From positions 1 through 57,705 of the forward strand of contig JBGQLL010000001.1 of NCBI GenBank assembly GCA_041500065.1: a DNA stretch of 57,705 nt. The letters are read 5' to 3'. Below, in pieces: positions 1-9,882 of the stretch. The DNA comes from Pseudolabrys sp. Lineage in GTDB: Bacteria; Pseudomonadota; Alphaproteobacteria; Rhizobiales; Xanthobacteraceae. The notes below the pieces were generated by a model that saw nothing but the letters and a program-made list of their open reading frames with translations, was not told where the DNA came from and did not search any database. The number at the start of each line of letters is the position of its first letter. Position 1 is the stretch's first letter. Position numbers and translations under genes: made by a program.

Positions 1-153
1 AAGGTTCTGACAATCGAAGCCGAGGACGCTTTGGTCGCGGCCCTCCGGGCCAAGCACGAAAATCCCGAGTCAGTGATTACTTACGTCCGAAAGTCCAATC
101 GTCGCGGCGACCATCGTCATCCCCATGAGGGATTGGCGGAGGAAAAAAAGTAA
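1..153 (+). CDS. 3' part of a small hypothetical protein (runs off the window start)
   Basis: Frame 1 is open from base 1: KVLTIEAEDALVAALRAKHENPESVITYVRKSNRRGDHRHPHEGLAEEKK*, TAA at 151-153. Not in the ORF track. Confidence 0.5.
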   Translation, partial: KVLTIEAEDALVAALRAKHENPESVITYVRKSNRRGDHRHPHEGLAEEKK

Positions 154-393
154 TTCGTACAGAAGACTGCCTCGCGGGCGCTTGCCCTCCCCAGAAACCG
201 CCACGCCTGCCAGAGCTGTAGATTGCGCTTCGCTAAGTCAAGGAAGCGCCCCCAAGCGGCAATTAGGCATAGGCGGCCATCCCGAGGAGGATTCGGACCG
301 GAAGTATTTTACTGCGACGGTATTGAGTTGCCCCTGATCCGCAGGCTGTTGGCGATATTTTTAAAACTCGGCAGGTAAGGGGTGAGGCGCAAA

Positions 394-645
394 ATGAAAG
401 ATCAAGTCGTCGCCGCTTTCAAGAAAAACAAAATTGTCGTTGCTTTCAAAAATCAAATCGTCGTCGCCTTCATAGTGGGCGGAGCAATCATCATCGCACC
501 CTTAATATTTATCGTGACCGTAGTCAGGTTCGCCTACGCGCTTGGCATCGGGGAAACGCTGGCGCGGCCTGTCTCGGAAAAATTAGATGCTTGGCGGAGG
601 GGAGAGAGGGCGATAGCCCGTCGCCGTGTCAATGCGGTCGAATAA
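394..645 (+). CDS. Small membrane hypothetical protein with an N-terminal 8-aa triple repeat
   Basis: ATG at 394 after GAGG; KDQVVAAF/KNKIVVAF/KNQIVVAF, then hydrophobic IVGGAIIIAPLIFIVTVV. Confidence 0.45.
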   Translation: MKDQVVAAFKKNKIVVAFKNQIVVAFIVGGAIIIAPLIFIVTVVRFAYALGIGETLARPVSEKLDAWRRGERAIARRRVNAVE

Positions 646-1045
646 GACATATTCTTGTAGCCGCGCTGACGATGGTCCCGCATGGTGGCAGGGGGCAATG
701 CCAATGCGATACGCTTTCTGCGAGAGTCGCCAGCGCCGGTAGCAAATAGATTACCGCAATCGGTGGCGGGCGTGCCGGCACGAAGGTCTTCTACAATTTC
801 AGTTCGATCCGTTTACCGACATCGCGGAAGATACGAACGGCTGTTGGCGTTGGACTACGAGAAACCGGAAATGCATGATTTTGTCCGCGGCGATCTTTCG
901 TCGCGCCGGGAAGACGGATAGCGGAGCAACCAGCGTGGAAAGGGGAGCCAATTGAGCTCGATTGCGGCGCAAGCGTACTAGCAGGTTCCACCAAAATCAC
1001 ACTTCCCACTCAAGGCAACGAACATCGATCAGCGCCCAAAAGACT

Positions 1046-2422
1046 CTAAGCAACTGAACTCGAAAAAAAGAGGCGTTTCGGATTTCCCGACCAGTCAATT
1101 TCTTTAACCGGCACTATTCTGATATCAAATGCTGGGTCGGTGGCTTTGATGATGAGCTTCTTTAGCTTCGCCTCTTCATCCGCAGTGATATTTACTCGAC
1201 CACCTATTTCTACGGTAATCGTATCAATCTCAACTTGTCTTACGCGGCACTCCTTGAAGGCAACCGCCTCCAGCAGGGTTCGCGTTGAAAGATAGAATGG
1301 CAGCAGTTTGCCATCGGGACGACGGACAAAATGCTTTCCCCTTCCAAAAATACTCGAAATCGTTGGTCCGTCATGACCACATCGGCACCGGTTTTCTAGC
1401 TGAGCGAAATCACCGATGTCGTAGCGAATGATCGGAGTTGCATAGGAGTGCAAATGAGTGACCAACAGACGGCCCAATGACGCACCATTAAACGACACCG
1501 TTATGTCATTGTCGCACTCTACAATGACATTGGTGTGAGCTATGTGGAAATGCCCTGGATTTTTCGAACACTCATGGGCTATTGGCCCGATTTCTCCAGC
1601 AGAATAATTCGACAAGCATGGCACGCCAATTCCCTTTAACGCTTCGACGATTTCCGAATCGCGGTAATCGGAATTGTGAAGCCACAATTTCACGCCGAGT
1701 CTTTTGATAAGATCGACACCTCCGTTATTCATTAAAATATCCAGATATCGATTTGGGCAGACGAGATATCCCACCCGATCTTTCAACAGCTCTTTTATCA
1801 GCGCATCATCGTTATACTTGTGAACGATTCTTTTCCCCGATCCACTGCGGAAGACCGCACCCAACGAACCGGCCCAGGAATCAGTCAATACCGCGGGCGA
1901 TGACTCATTTTCCAGCTTAGCCAAACTTGCAGCGGGGACAATATGAACGCAATTTTCCTCAAGACTCAGATCGTAGATAAAATATTGAGCCAGGCTTCTG
2001 ATTGTATTGTAGTACCCGTTTTCCGGACAGATATAGACATTGACCGGCGTGCCGGTTGATCCCGTCGATGCATAACTTGAAACTGGAGTTTTGCCATCGC
2101 CCGCCACCAGCGAACCATCGAGCTTGCACTGGGTTGCAACATCCTCGCGATTCTGAATCGGTATATACTTCAGGATGCCGTGATTGATCATACGTGATGG
2201 CATCCTCTGCCGCCAAAACTTGGAATGGCTTTGTGCGTGCTTGAGCAGATTTGTCAGATGCTTGTTTTGCCACCGCTCGCGCGCCTGTCGACTACCGTTC
2301 TCAATAAGATTTATCGCATTGATGTTGGCTAGATCAATTTGTGCTGCTTGATCTAGGAACGTGAATGGATAGTCGCTATATGCGTTTGTGTGAACGGCTC
2401 TCCTGGCCAAATCAGAGAACAT
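1046..2422 (-). CDS. Phenylacetate-CoA ligase/CapK-like adenylate-forming protein
   Basis: P-loop STGSTGTP, NYSAGEIG, RYDIGD, IFGR; 458 aa. Confidence 0.8.
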   Translation of the reverse strand: MFSDLARRAVHTNAYSDYPFTFLDQAAQIDLANINAINLIENGSRQARERWQNKHLTNLLKHAQSHSKFWRQRMPSRMINHGILKYIPIQNREDVATQCKLDGSLVAGDGKTPVSSYASTGSTGTPVNVYICPENGYYNTIRSLAQYFIYDLSLEENCVHIVPAASLAKLENESSPAVLTDSWAGSLGAVFRSGSGKRIVHKYNDDALIKELLKDRVGYLVCPNRYLDILMNNGGVDLIKRLGVKLWLHNSDYRDSEIVEALKGIGVPCLSNYSAGEIGPIAHECSKNPGHFHIAHTNVIVECDNDITVSFNGASLGRLLVTHLHSYATPIIRYDIGDFAQLENRCRCGHDGPTISSIFGRGKHFVRRPDGKLLPFYLSTRTLLEAVAFKECRVRQVEIDTITVEIGGRVNITADEEAKLKKLIIKATDPAFDIRIVPVKEIDWSGNPKRLFFSSSVA

Positions 2423-2514
2423 GTGAGATTCCTTGTCGACAGCATTGCGTCGATACTCGATGAAGTCGTCGCCAAAAAAAGCCTTTTAAAGGACTCCCTT
2501 CGATGGGTCGGCAT

Positions 2515-2814
2515 TTAGTCGTCTTCGGCCTTGCCGATAAAATAATTTACTAAGAAATTCTCCAACTCGGATCGAGGCCGCGCCATTGCCAGGCGCCATT
2601 CGAGTCCACCACCAGATCCGCGTCGGATTCAAAGCCCAAGCCTGCGAACAAGACCACGCCGCCGGAGATTTGGATCAGAATGTTCGGTAAGTTCGAAATG
2701 ACCATTGAAAAAAGCTCCACGGTTACAAGCGGAACTACAAAATTTGCGCGAAAAATTTTATAGTTCTCCCAAACGCCGCTTAAATTGCGCGGGCTTATAG
2801 GTCACCGTCCACAT
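2515..2814 (-). pseudogene. Decayed, internally deleted paralog of the glycosyltransferase-like gene at 4150-5085
   Basis: Reading across several frameshifts: MWTVTY-KPAQFKRRL/ENYKIFRANFVVPLVTVEL/FNGHFELTE/ILIQISGGVVL fused to FAGLGFESDADLVVDSNGAWQW/RPRSELENFLVNYFIGKAEDD*. These match the N- and C-termini of 4150-5085. Confidence 0.85.
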
Positions 2815-3120
2815 CGACTTGCCTTGCTCTACCACGCTCTACTCAATGTTGTTCTAGGTAGATCCGAGTAATTCCTAGGTGCACAAAGTAGTGGCAGCGA
2901 CGCTATCGCGTTACCCCTTAAGTGTCTGGCATTACGCGTGATTTCCCTCAGATTTCAAGACTAAGAAATAGTGAGATTTCTGTTCGGTGTGGCAAAAATA
3001 CAATAACTGCAACAGTCGTCTCTCGCTTAAAGTAGTTTAACAAAAGCAAAAAATAAAACCGAATTACCTTTGGGTAGTAGAGGACGTAAGTGCTCTGTTT
3101 CAGTGGGTTTGGGGGAAGTC

Positions 3121-3861
3121 ATGAAGAAAAAGTTATTGTTGGGTGTCGCTTTTTTTGGTGCGGCCGCAGCGGTCAATTCACCCGCCCTAGCAATATCGCC
3201 GATCTACAGTTGGACCGGCTGTTATATAGGCGCTAACGCTGGTTATAGCTGGGGGCGTGCCTATGTCGACGGCAACGCAACTGGCTTGGCCTCGCTGGGA
3301 TTGCCCACCGCATTTTCGACAACTCTCAGTCCAGATGGATTTATTGGCGGCGGACAGGTCGGCTGTAATTGGCAGAACAGCAACGCGGTCTGGGGACTCG
3401 AAACAGATTTCCAGGGTTCCGCCCAAAAAGACAGCCGCTTTAGCGCTTTCAACACTAGCGAGGGCAGCGTCAGCCAAAACGTTGAAGCAAGGCTTCGGTG
3501 GTTTGGCACAGTCCGAGCTCGGGCCGGTGTATTAGTCGTCCCGACCGTCTTGCTCTATGGAACCGGCGGGCTTGCCTACGGCAACGTCAAAGTGACCGAT
3601 ACGATGACCGTCAACAACTTCGGCGCTATTACCAGTTCAACATTTAACACGTCGACGACACGGGCTGGTTGGACGGTGGGTTTTGGTGTCGAGGGTGTCA
3701 TACCAAACGCACCTGCGTGGACCTGGAAGGTTGAATACCTCTACATCGATCTCGGATCGATCAACGGAAGCGCTGCAGACGCGCTTGGCGGGGTCGTCGG
3801 CTGGAGCGCGAGGATGACCGACAACATCGTTCGCGCGGGCCTCAACTGGAGATTCCCTTAA
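3121..3861 (+). CDS. Omp25/Omp31/RopB-family outer-membrane beta-barrel protein
   Basis: ATG at 3121 after GGGGGA; signal peptide MKKKLLLGVAFFGAAAA; SWTGCYIGANAGY, GGGQVGCNWQ, WFGTVRARAG, GWTVGFGVE, KVEYLY, C-terminal GLNWRFP. Confidence 0.9.
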   Translation: MKKKLLLGVAFFGAAAAVNSPALAISPIYSWTGCYIGANAGYSWGRAYVDGNATGLASLGLPTAFSTTLSPDGFIGGGQVGCNWQNSNAVWGLETDFQGSAQKDSRFSAFNTSEGSVSQNVEARLRWFGTVRARAGVLVVPTVLLYGTGGLAYGNVKVTDTMTVNNFGAITSSTFNTSTTRAGWTVGFGVEGVIPNAPAWTWKVEYLYIDLGSINGSAADALGGVVGWSARMTDNIVRAGLNWRFP

Positions 3862-3909
3862 GGTCGGCCCATTTATTCAAGTTGCCGGTCACTCGAAATC
3901 GCGTATGGC

Positions 3910-3939
3910 AAAACCCCGAGCAATGCCCCGGGGTTTTTT
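3910..3939 (+). terminator. Rho-independent terminator after the omp gene
   Basis: AAAACCCCG-agcaatgcc-CCGGGGTTTTTT hairpin with T tract. Confidence 0.75.
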
Positions 3940-4149
3940 ATTGCCGGCAGTTCCTTTAATTTCGAACGTCGATGTCCGCGGGATTCTACGCGCGCAGTGT
4001 ATGTTCACTCCATCCGAGTGTTCGTTTCCGACGTAGACTCATAAGCACATCAGAAATAACTTCGGGCATACATGCGGTGGCGATCCATGTCCGCCATTGG
4101 GGGCAAACGGCAACCGACGCTAGGCACCTCAAAAGTAAGGCTTTGATCG

Positions 4150-5085
4150 GTGTGGGCAATAACATCATATTTCAATCCCGTCGGATACAAACGGCGCTTA
4201 TCAAACTATAGAATATTTCGAGCCAATCTCGGAGTTCCCCTCGTAACCGTGGAGCTGTCGTTCGATGGTGAGTTTGAGCTTAAGGAAAAAGATGCTGATA
4301 TTCTGATACAGCTTTCTGGTGGCGCAGTGCTTTGGCAAAAAGAGCGACTGCTGAATCTTGCGATCAAGGCAGTGCCTTCAGACGTCAAAGGGATCGCATG
4401 GTTAGACTGTGACGTAATACTAAAGCGGGCGGATTGGGTCGAAGAGGCGAAGAGGCAACTTAACGAATTTAATGTGATTCAGCTCTTTTCTGATTCAGTC
4501 CATCTAAATTCGGAAGATTACGACAAACAGTGTGATTATTATAATGGTCATACGTCTGCGCCAGGTATCGCAGGGCTATCCAACGCCAGCGAGCTCTTAT
4601 CATTAGGAAGGCAAGAGCAGGATTACATTAAATTCGTTTCAAAAAAAGAACAGTTGTGGAATCCGGGATTGGCTTGGGCGGCAAATAGAAGACTCCTCGA
4701 AGACCACGGTTTTTATGATGCGACGATTGTGGGCGGCGGCGATTCCTTGATGGTGTCAGCCATGTATGGTCGATTCGAAACTTTAATAAAAAAATTTATG
4801 CTCAACGCAACTCGTCAACAGCATTATCTGAGGTGGGCTATCCCATTTCATAAATCAGTCGCCGAGCGCATTGGCCATGTTTCTGGAACGATTTACCATC
4901 TCAGGCACGGTAAAATAAAGAAACGCGCATATCTTGATCGGCAGCAAGAGTTGGCGGGCTTCGACTTCGACCCAGATACTGACCTTAGGATTGGTCCCAA
5001 TGGCGCTTGGGAATGGACAAGACCTCGACCTGAACTAGAAAGATTCCTGACGAGTTACTTTATCAATAGAGCCGAGGATGAGTAA
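4150..5085 (+). CDS. Putative GT-A-fold glycosyltransferase-like protein
   Basis: WQKERLLN, AWLDCDV (DxD), GLAWAA, GGGD, YHLRHG. The GTG start is bounded by an upstream in-frame TGA and matches the ATG of the pseudogene copy. Confidence 0.65.
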   Translation: MWAITSYFNPVGYKRRLSNYRIFRANLGVPLVTVELSFDGEFELKEKDADILIQLSGGAVLWQKERLLNLAIKAVPSDVKGIAWLDCDVILKRADWVEEAKRQLNEFNVIQLFSDSVHLNSEDYDKQCDYYNGHTSAPGIAGLSNASELLSLGRQEQDYIKFVSKKEQLWNPGLAWAANRRLLEDHGFYDATIVGGGDSLMVSAMYGRFETLIKKFMLNATRQQHYLRWAIPFHKSVAERIGHVSGTIYHLRHGKIKKRAYLDRQQELAGFDFDPDTDLRIGPNGAWEWTRPRPELERFLTSYFINRAEDE

Positions 5086-5144
5086 GGAATGCGCTTTTGA
5101 AAGTTTAGGGAAACCGAAGTGGACTAAAACAACTCAACCCAATA

Positions 5145-6302
5145 ATGACCAGAACAAATATCGAAACCTTCATTATTTTCCAATCTTTGTTGGGAATTGG
5201 ACACCTGGCTCAATGTTCTACGATTGCAAAGGCTTTAAGCTCCATTTCTCATGTCACCCTGTTCTCTGGAGGAAGGCGGATTGAAGGTTACTCCGCTCCT
5301 TCGGGTGTCAATTTCGTTCAACTTCCCGCCGTTCGCCGGGATAGAGCTTCTGGCATAGTCCCGGTGCCTGTTGACCCCGCATACACGCTAGCCGAAATTG
5401 AACGGGTGAGGAGCGAATTGCTTGTTGAGAGTTATCTTCGAATTAAACCCAGAATAATAATCGTTGAGTTCTTTCCTTTTGCACCAAACAGATTTGGTAA
5501 AACACTGAACGAACTGTTCGACGCAATCAATAAAGAACAAAAGAGACCGATTGTTATTTGCTCTCTCAGAGCCTATCCGAGAGAGGCGATGCAGTGGGAT
5601 ACCGATACTGATCCGGCCTGGATCAATGAACAGCTTCGGGAGAATTTTTCCTGTGTCTTACACCACGCCGACCCGAAATTATTTCCGCTAGCCTCACTTG
5701 GACCCTACATACAAGATGCGCTGTCAGGCATTTCTGTCTGGCAAACAGGATTTATCCGACGTTCATTGATCCAAATGGAGCATGATCGTCCTTCAAATGG
5801 ACTTTTGCTGACAGTAGGAGGGGGCGGCGGCCTTGGTGCCAAGTTGCTAAAGCGTTGGATAAATGCCGCGAAAGCAGATTCTCCCGATTTGTTTCCCATA
5901 AATGCAGTTTGCGGACCAATAATGGATGCTATTGATCGAAAAATTATTCATGCAGAGCAAGACGCAAATATTACCGTTCACGATTGGGTCGCAAATCTAG
6001 ACGAACTCATCAGCTCTTCTCGCGCCGTCGTTTGCATGGGGGGCTACAACACTTTGGTGGAAGCGCTCAGCCTAAGAAAGCCCGTCCTGGCGTTTCCTAA
6101 CAGCGAGACGGGAGATCAGGATTTTCAAGTGAGTGCTCTGTACTCTCAAGGTATGTTGCTAAAGGGAGACCAATCCCAGAGCGAAAATGAAATTACCGCG
6201 CTGATGAGTGAACTACTATGCTTCCGCCCCAAACATATTATTGACCACAACGGCGCGGAGCGATCCGTCGAGATCGTCAGGCATCTATTGAGTGCTTCCT
6301 GA
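5145..6302 (+). CDS. GT-B glycosyltransferase (COG4671/GT28 C-terminal type)
   Basis: QSLLGIGH, VEFFPF, TVGGGG, VCMGGYNT. Confidence 0.8.
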   Translation: MTRTNIETFIIFQSLLGIGHLAQCSTIAKALSSISHVTLFSGGRRIEGYSAPSGVNFVQLPAVRRDRASGIVPVPVDPAYTLAEIERVRSELLVESYLRIKPRIIIVEFFPFAPNRFGKTLNELFDAINKEQKRPIVICSLRAYPREAMQWDTDTDPAWINEQLRENFSCVLHHADPKLFPLASLGPYIQDALSGISVWQTGFIRRSLIQMEHDRPSNGLLLTVGGGGGLGAKLLKRWINAAKADSPDLFPINAVCGPIMDAIDRKIIHAEQDANITVHDWVANLDELISSSRAVVCMGGYNTLVEALSLRKPVLAFPNSETGDQDFQVSALYSQGMLLKGDQSQSENEITALMSELLCFRPKHIIDHNGAERSVEIVRHLLSAS

Positions 6303-6660
6303 TATCGGTGCGAAGGTGTTTGCGGCCGTTGGCAAGCTCGGGTCGAGCGGCGCGCCGTCGAGGTGATCGACTGAACCAGCATGATGGCTGTTTGTAGCAC
6401 ACGGGATCGTAAAGAGATTGGGCCTTCGCATCAACGACGATGGACGGAGGCAGATTCCGCCTAACTGACATTTGTTGCGACACTGATGCGAAGCGGACGC
6501 TATTTGCGAGCGCGTTCCGTAAATTGCCGGCGTTGAATGAAAACGACGACCGATGCTAAGGCGGGACAAGCCTGTGTATCTAGCAGTGTCCGCGATGAGT
6601 GGCACAAGAGCGAGAAATCAATAGTATGCGCGCAATAGTCCACGCGCCGGAGCCGAAAGC

Positions 6661-7617
6661 ATGCCCCTCATTGACGTCCATCAACACGTCATTCCCGATA
6701 TCTACAAGCGCGAACTGGCTCGCGTTGGCGTACTGGGGAGCGGAGAGAACCCGTGGCCAAACTGGAGCATAGCGCGGCAGCTCGAGTTGATGGGCGAACT
6801 CGGAATCGATGCCGTTTTGATGTCGATCGCTTCACCGGGCGCCTATTTCGGTGATATCGAGTTCACAAAGCGATTGGTAAAGGCGTGCAATGAGGCGATG
6901 GCACAGCTGGTCAACGACCATCCGGGAAAATTCGGTGCCATGGGTTTCGTGTCGTTGCCAGACGTCGCGGCCGCCTGTCGTGATGTCGAATACGCGCTCG
7001 ACGTGCTCAAAATGGATGGCGTCAACCTACAGAGCCACACTGGCGAGCGCTACCTCGGTGATCCGGAAGAAAACGAGCTCTACGCCGAACTCGACCGCCG
7101 CCGGGCTGTAGTCTTCGTGCATCCGCAAAGGCCGCATGTCACCGGCATGCCGCGTTATATGTTCCCGGCCGGCTACACCGAGCTCACCTTCGACACTACG
7201 CGCGCCATCACCAACATGCTCTACACAGGCATGCTGGCCAAGTTTCCTAACATTCGTTGGATCATGCCCCACATGGGCGGCGTCGCTCCATTCCTGCTTT
7301 TCCGGCTGAGCGGGCTCCAGGACGATCCGAAGGCGCGTGACAAGGTTCCAGAGGGCGTTGCGACCTATCTTAACCGACTCTGGTACGACGTTGCGCAGTC
7401 GCCGTCGCCATTGGCGCTCAACGCGCTCCTTGAGATCGCTCACCCTTCGCGCATCCTGTTCGGCACCGACTATCCGTCCGCGCGCCCCGCGGAGAAGGTA
7501 ATGCGCGACACCGTCGCTGCGGTGCGCACGTTTGACGGTTACGATGATGCGCAACGGCACAAGGTGATGGCGAGCAATGCACAAGCTTTGCTGCCGCGCT
7601 TCGCGAAATTGAATTGA
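6661..7617 (+). CDS. Amidohydrolase family 2 protein (aromatic-acid decarboxylase-like)
   Basis: DVHQH, VFVHP, FDTTRA, PHMGG, LFGTDYP. Confidence 0.85.
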   Translation: MPLIDVHQHVIPDIYKRELARVGVLGSGENPWPNWSIARQLELMGELGIDAVLMSIASPGAYFGDIEFTKRLVKACNEAMAQLVNDHPGKFGAMGFVSLPDVAAACRDVEYALDVLKMDGVNLQSHTGERYLGDPEENELYAELDRRRAVVFVHPQRPHVTGMPRYMFPAGYTELTFDTTRAITNMLYTGMLAKFPNIRWIMPHMGGVAPFLLFRLSGLQDDPKARDKVPEGVATYLNRLWYDVAQSPSPLALNALLEIAHPSRILFGTDYPSARPAEKVMRDTVAAVRTFDGYDDAQRHKVMASNAQALLPRFAKLN

Positions 7618-7623
7618 TCGCGT

Positions 7624-8784
7624 CTAACCGGGACGGCCGGCCCGGTACTGATGGAGCAATTCTCGTCCATAATCGTTGCCGTTGGGCGTGCGCACCAGCG
7701 CATGGGCGTGTCGCCGGTTGTATCCGGTATTGGGGAGTGCGACACCGGGCTGGTGATAGAACTCTATGAAGATTACCGGGCTGTATACGCGGTAGTAGAA
7801 GGGACTCACCGGATCGAACTGACCGATCCATGCGAAAACGGTCCGCTCGAAATGTTGCCGAACCTCGTCCAAACGAAGCTTCGCGTGAGCCGGTGGAAGC
7901 CGGTCCGTATAGAGCGCGATCAGGCCGAAGAATTGTTGGCGCTGAGCCGGCGTCATGGCAGCGACCGGCAACCCGTCATAAGGCACAATGACATTGTCCT
8001 TAAATCCCGAAGCGTAGCCGTCGAACGGTAGGTCCATGCCGATCACCGCCTTGGCGCGTTGCTTTGGCGTCAGTGCATTCATAAAAGCCCAGCCCTCTGC
8101 TTCCTCCTCACGCAGCACCGTCGTACCCTTGTAGATGCCTGACTCCGCCAGGACAGGCTCGGAGCCAAGAAGCATCGGTGACAGCACCAACTGATCGCCA
8201 AGGACGAAGCAATTGATGTTGCAGTGGTGTCCGTCGAACTGCCAACCCCAAGGTTCATTCGTCGAGGGCTCGCCAAAAATACTGATCCAGTAATAGAGCT
8301 CACCGAACTCCGCCGGCAGTCCGGTGAGTTCAGCGAGATGTTCGTTGAGTTTCATGGCATTGCGCGCGGTTTCATAGGCGCGCTGGCCAACGCCGGCGCG
8401 CAAAATGGCATAGGCGAGTTCGCGCTGTTGGTCGCTTAGTTCGGCAAGGCACAGTCCGTGCCGCATCAGGTTGCGATGAATATTGCTCCAGGTCCGCCAC
8501 ATCTGTCCGTCTACGTCAAAGTGAACCGCCTCCCGCTGCCTCGGATCGAGCGACGACAGGAACGTATTGGCGGCATCGATCAGCGATTGCATCGACGCGC
8601 CAGTCCTGCGCAGGGGAAACAATTGGCGCTCAATTTCACCGTTGGCAGTCAAGCCTTTGAACGGCTCCTTGAGCGATATTCGCCAGCTCGCGAACAAATC
8701 TTGTAGCTCTCGCGAAACTTTCGTTTCATCTATTCGCGGCGGCGCTCGGCGCGGGAGATTGTTGAACACTGTGACGTCGGTCAT
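7624..8784 (-). CDS. DUF3500 domain protein
   Basis: WSNIH, WGWQFDGHH, HAHALVRTPNGNDYG. Start taken at MTDVTV (8784); the ORF extends to 8880. Confidence 0.8.
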   Translation of the reverse strand: MTDVTVFNNLPRRAPPRIDETKVSRELQDLFASWRISLKEPFKGLTANGEIERQLFPLRRTGASMQSLIDAANTFLSSLDPRQREAVHFDVDGQMWRTWSNIHRNLMRHGLCLAELSDQQRELAYAILRAGVGQRAYETARNAMKLNEHLAELTGLPAEFGELYYWISIFGEPSTNEPWGWQFDGHHCNINCFVLGDQLVLSPMLLGSEPVLAESGIYKGTTVLREEEAEGWAFMNALTPKQRAKAVIGMDLPFDGYASGFKDNVIVPYDGLPVAAMTPAQRQQFFGLIALYTDRLPPAHAKLRLDEVRQHFERTVFAWIGQFDPVSPFYYRVYSPVIFIEFYHQPGVALPNTGYNRRHAHALVRTPNGNDYGRELLHQYRAGRPG

Positions 8785-9028
8785 CGCAGGATCTTGGGTC
8801 ACCAAGCATTGCCCGAACCCCAATCTGACGCAATCGACTTGGGACCTGTCAATCGCTGCATGCGATGCGGTCAATGCCACCGACCCTAATAGTCCAACGC
8901 CCTCCCGCCATTACAACGCGATGGTTGCAGGCCTTTCGCTACGCAACGGAAAGCATCTGCGAGCGCCGATGGACAAGAAGCTTCGCGCCGGACATAATTT
9001 GTTCAAGCAAAAAGATGGGAGAAACGCC

Positions 9029-9805
9029 ATGCAGGCCTCCACGAGTGCCGCAAGTGCGCGCAAACTGGCAATGGATCCAGAAGAATGGAAGACTCGCGTT
9101 GATCTTGCCGCCGCCTTCCGGCTCGCTGCACTACAGAACTGGGACGAGCTGCTGTTTGCGCACTTGTCCGCGCGCGTCCCAGGCCATCCGAACCAATTCC
9201 TGATGCACCCGGCCGCTATATTGTTCGAGGAAGTAACTGCCTCCAATTTGCACAAGCTTGATGAGCACTGCAATCATGTCGAGCCGAGTGACGAACTGCC
9301 GCACAAGTTCGCGTTTCCGTTCCATAAAGGCATCTATGACGCCTTTCCGCAGGCGCAATGCGTCGTGCATCTGCATACCAAATACGCAACCGCGGTGGCG
9401 ATGCAGGAGCAAGGTCTCATACCTGGCAACCAGTACGCTTTATGGCTGGGGCCGATCGGTTATCATGACTATGAGGGCCTCTTGTCGACAGACGAAGAAG
9501 GCCAGCGCCTGGCAAAGAATTTTGGCAACAAGCAAATCGTCCTGCAACGCGGCCACGGCTTCGTGCTCTGGGGGCGCACCATCCACGAAGCCTATATGCT
9601 GGCCTTTCTCGTCATTCGTGCCTGCGAGACTCAGGTGCGATCAATGGCTGGCGGCATCAAGCCTTACATCCCGCCGCAGCAGGTTTTGGACGCGACAATC
9701 GGGCAGGCCCGTATCATCACCGATGGCAATGCGCCGTTCAATCAAATGACTTGGCGGGCATTGCTTCGAAAACTTGACCGCGACGCACCAGACTACAAGA
9801 CTTGA
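9029..9805 (+). CDS. Class II aldolase/adducin family protein
   Basis: RVDLAAAFRL, HLSARVPG, LFEEVTASNL, VVHLHT, LQRGHG; ATG at 9029 after GGGAGA. Confidence 0.85.
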   Translation: MQASTSAASARKLAMDPEEWKTRVDLAAAFRLAALQNWDELLFAHLSARVPGHPNQFLMHPAAILFEEVTASNLHKLDEHCNHVEPSDELPHKFAFPFHKGIYDAFPQAQCVVHLHTKYATAVAMQEQGLIPGNQYALWLGPIGYHDYEGLLSTDEEGQRLAKNFGNKQIVLQRGHGFVLWGRTIHEAYMLAFLVIRACETQVRSMAGGIKPYIPPQQVLDATIGQARIITDGNAPFNQMTWRALLRKLDRDAPDYKT

Positions 9806-9882
9806 CCTCTCGCCCATGCGCTGCAATGGCGCGGCGCGCGCCGGCGCCTGCGCCGCCGCGCAGAATCTCTACGGAGACTTAA

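Noticed and set aside
134-142. TGGCGGAGG as a possible att duplicate of the tRNA-Ser 3' end
   Set aside because: Only about 7 nt match and it lies within a reading frame; expected by chance.
4087-4112. ATGTCCGCCATTGGGGGCAAA resembling a dispersed rhizobial palindromic repeat (similar half at about 6586)
   Set aside because: The second arm is missing and no clear second copy exists in the window.
8567-9028. N-terminal extension of the aldolase ORF, and the extended starts given for hfq, holB, ntrY and metG
   Set aside because: They overlap neighbouring genes or promoter regions; downstream starts fit the RBS, gene coupling or family length better.
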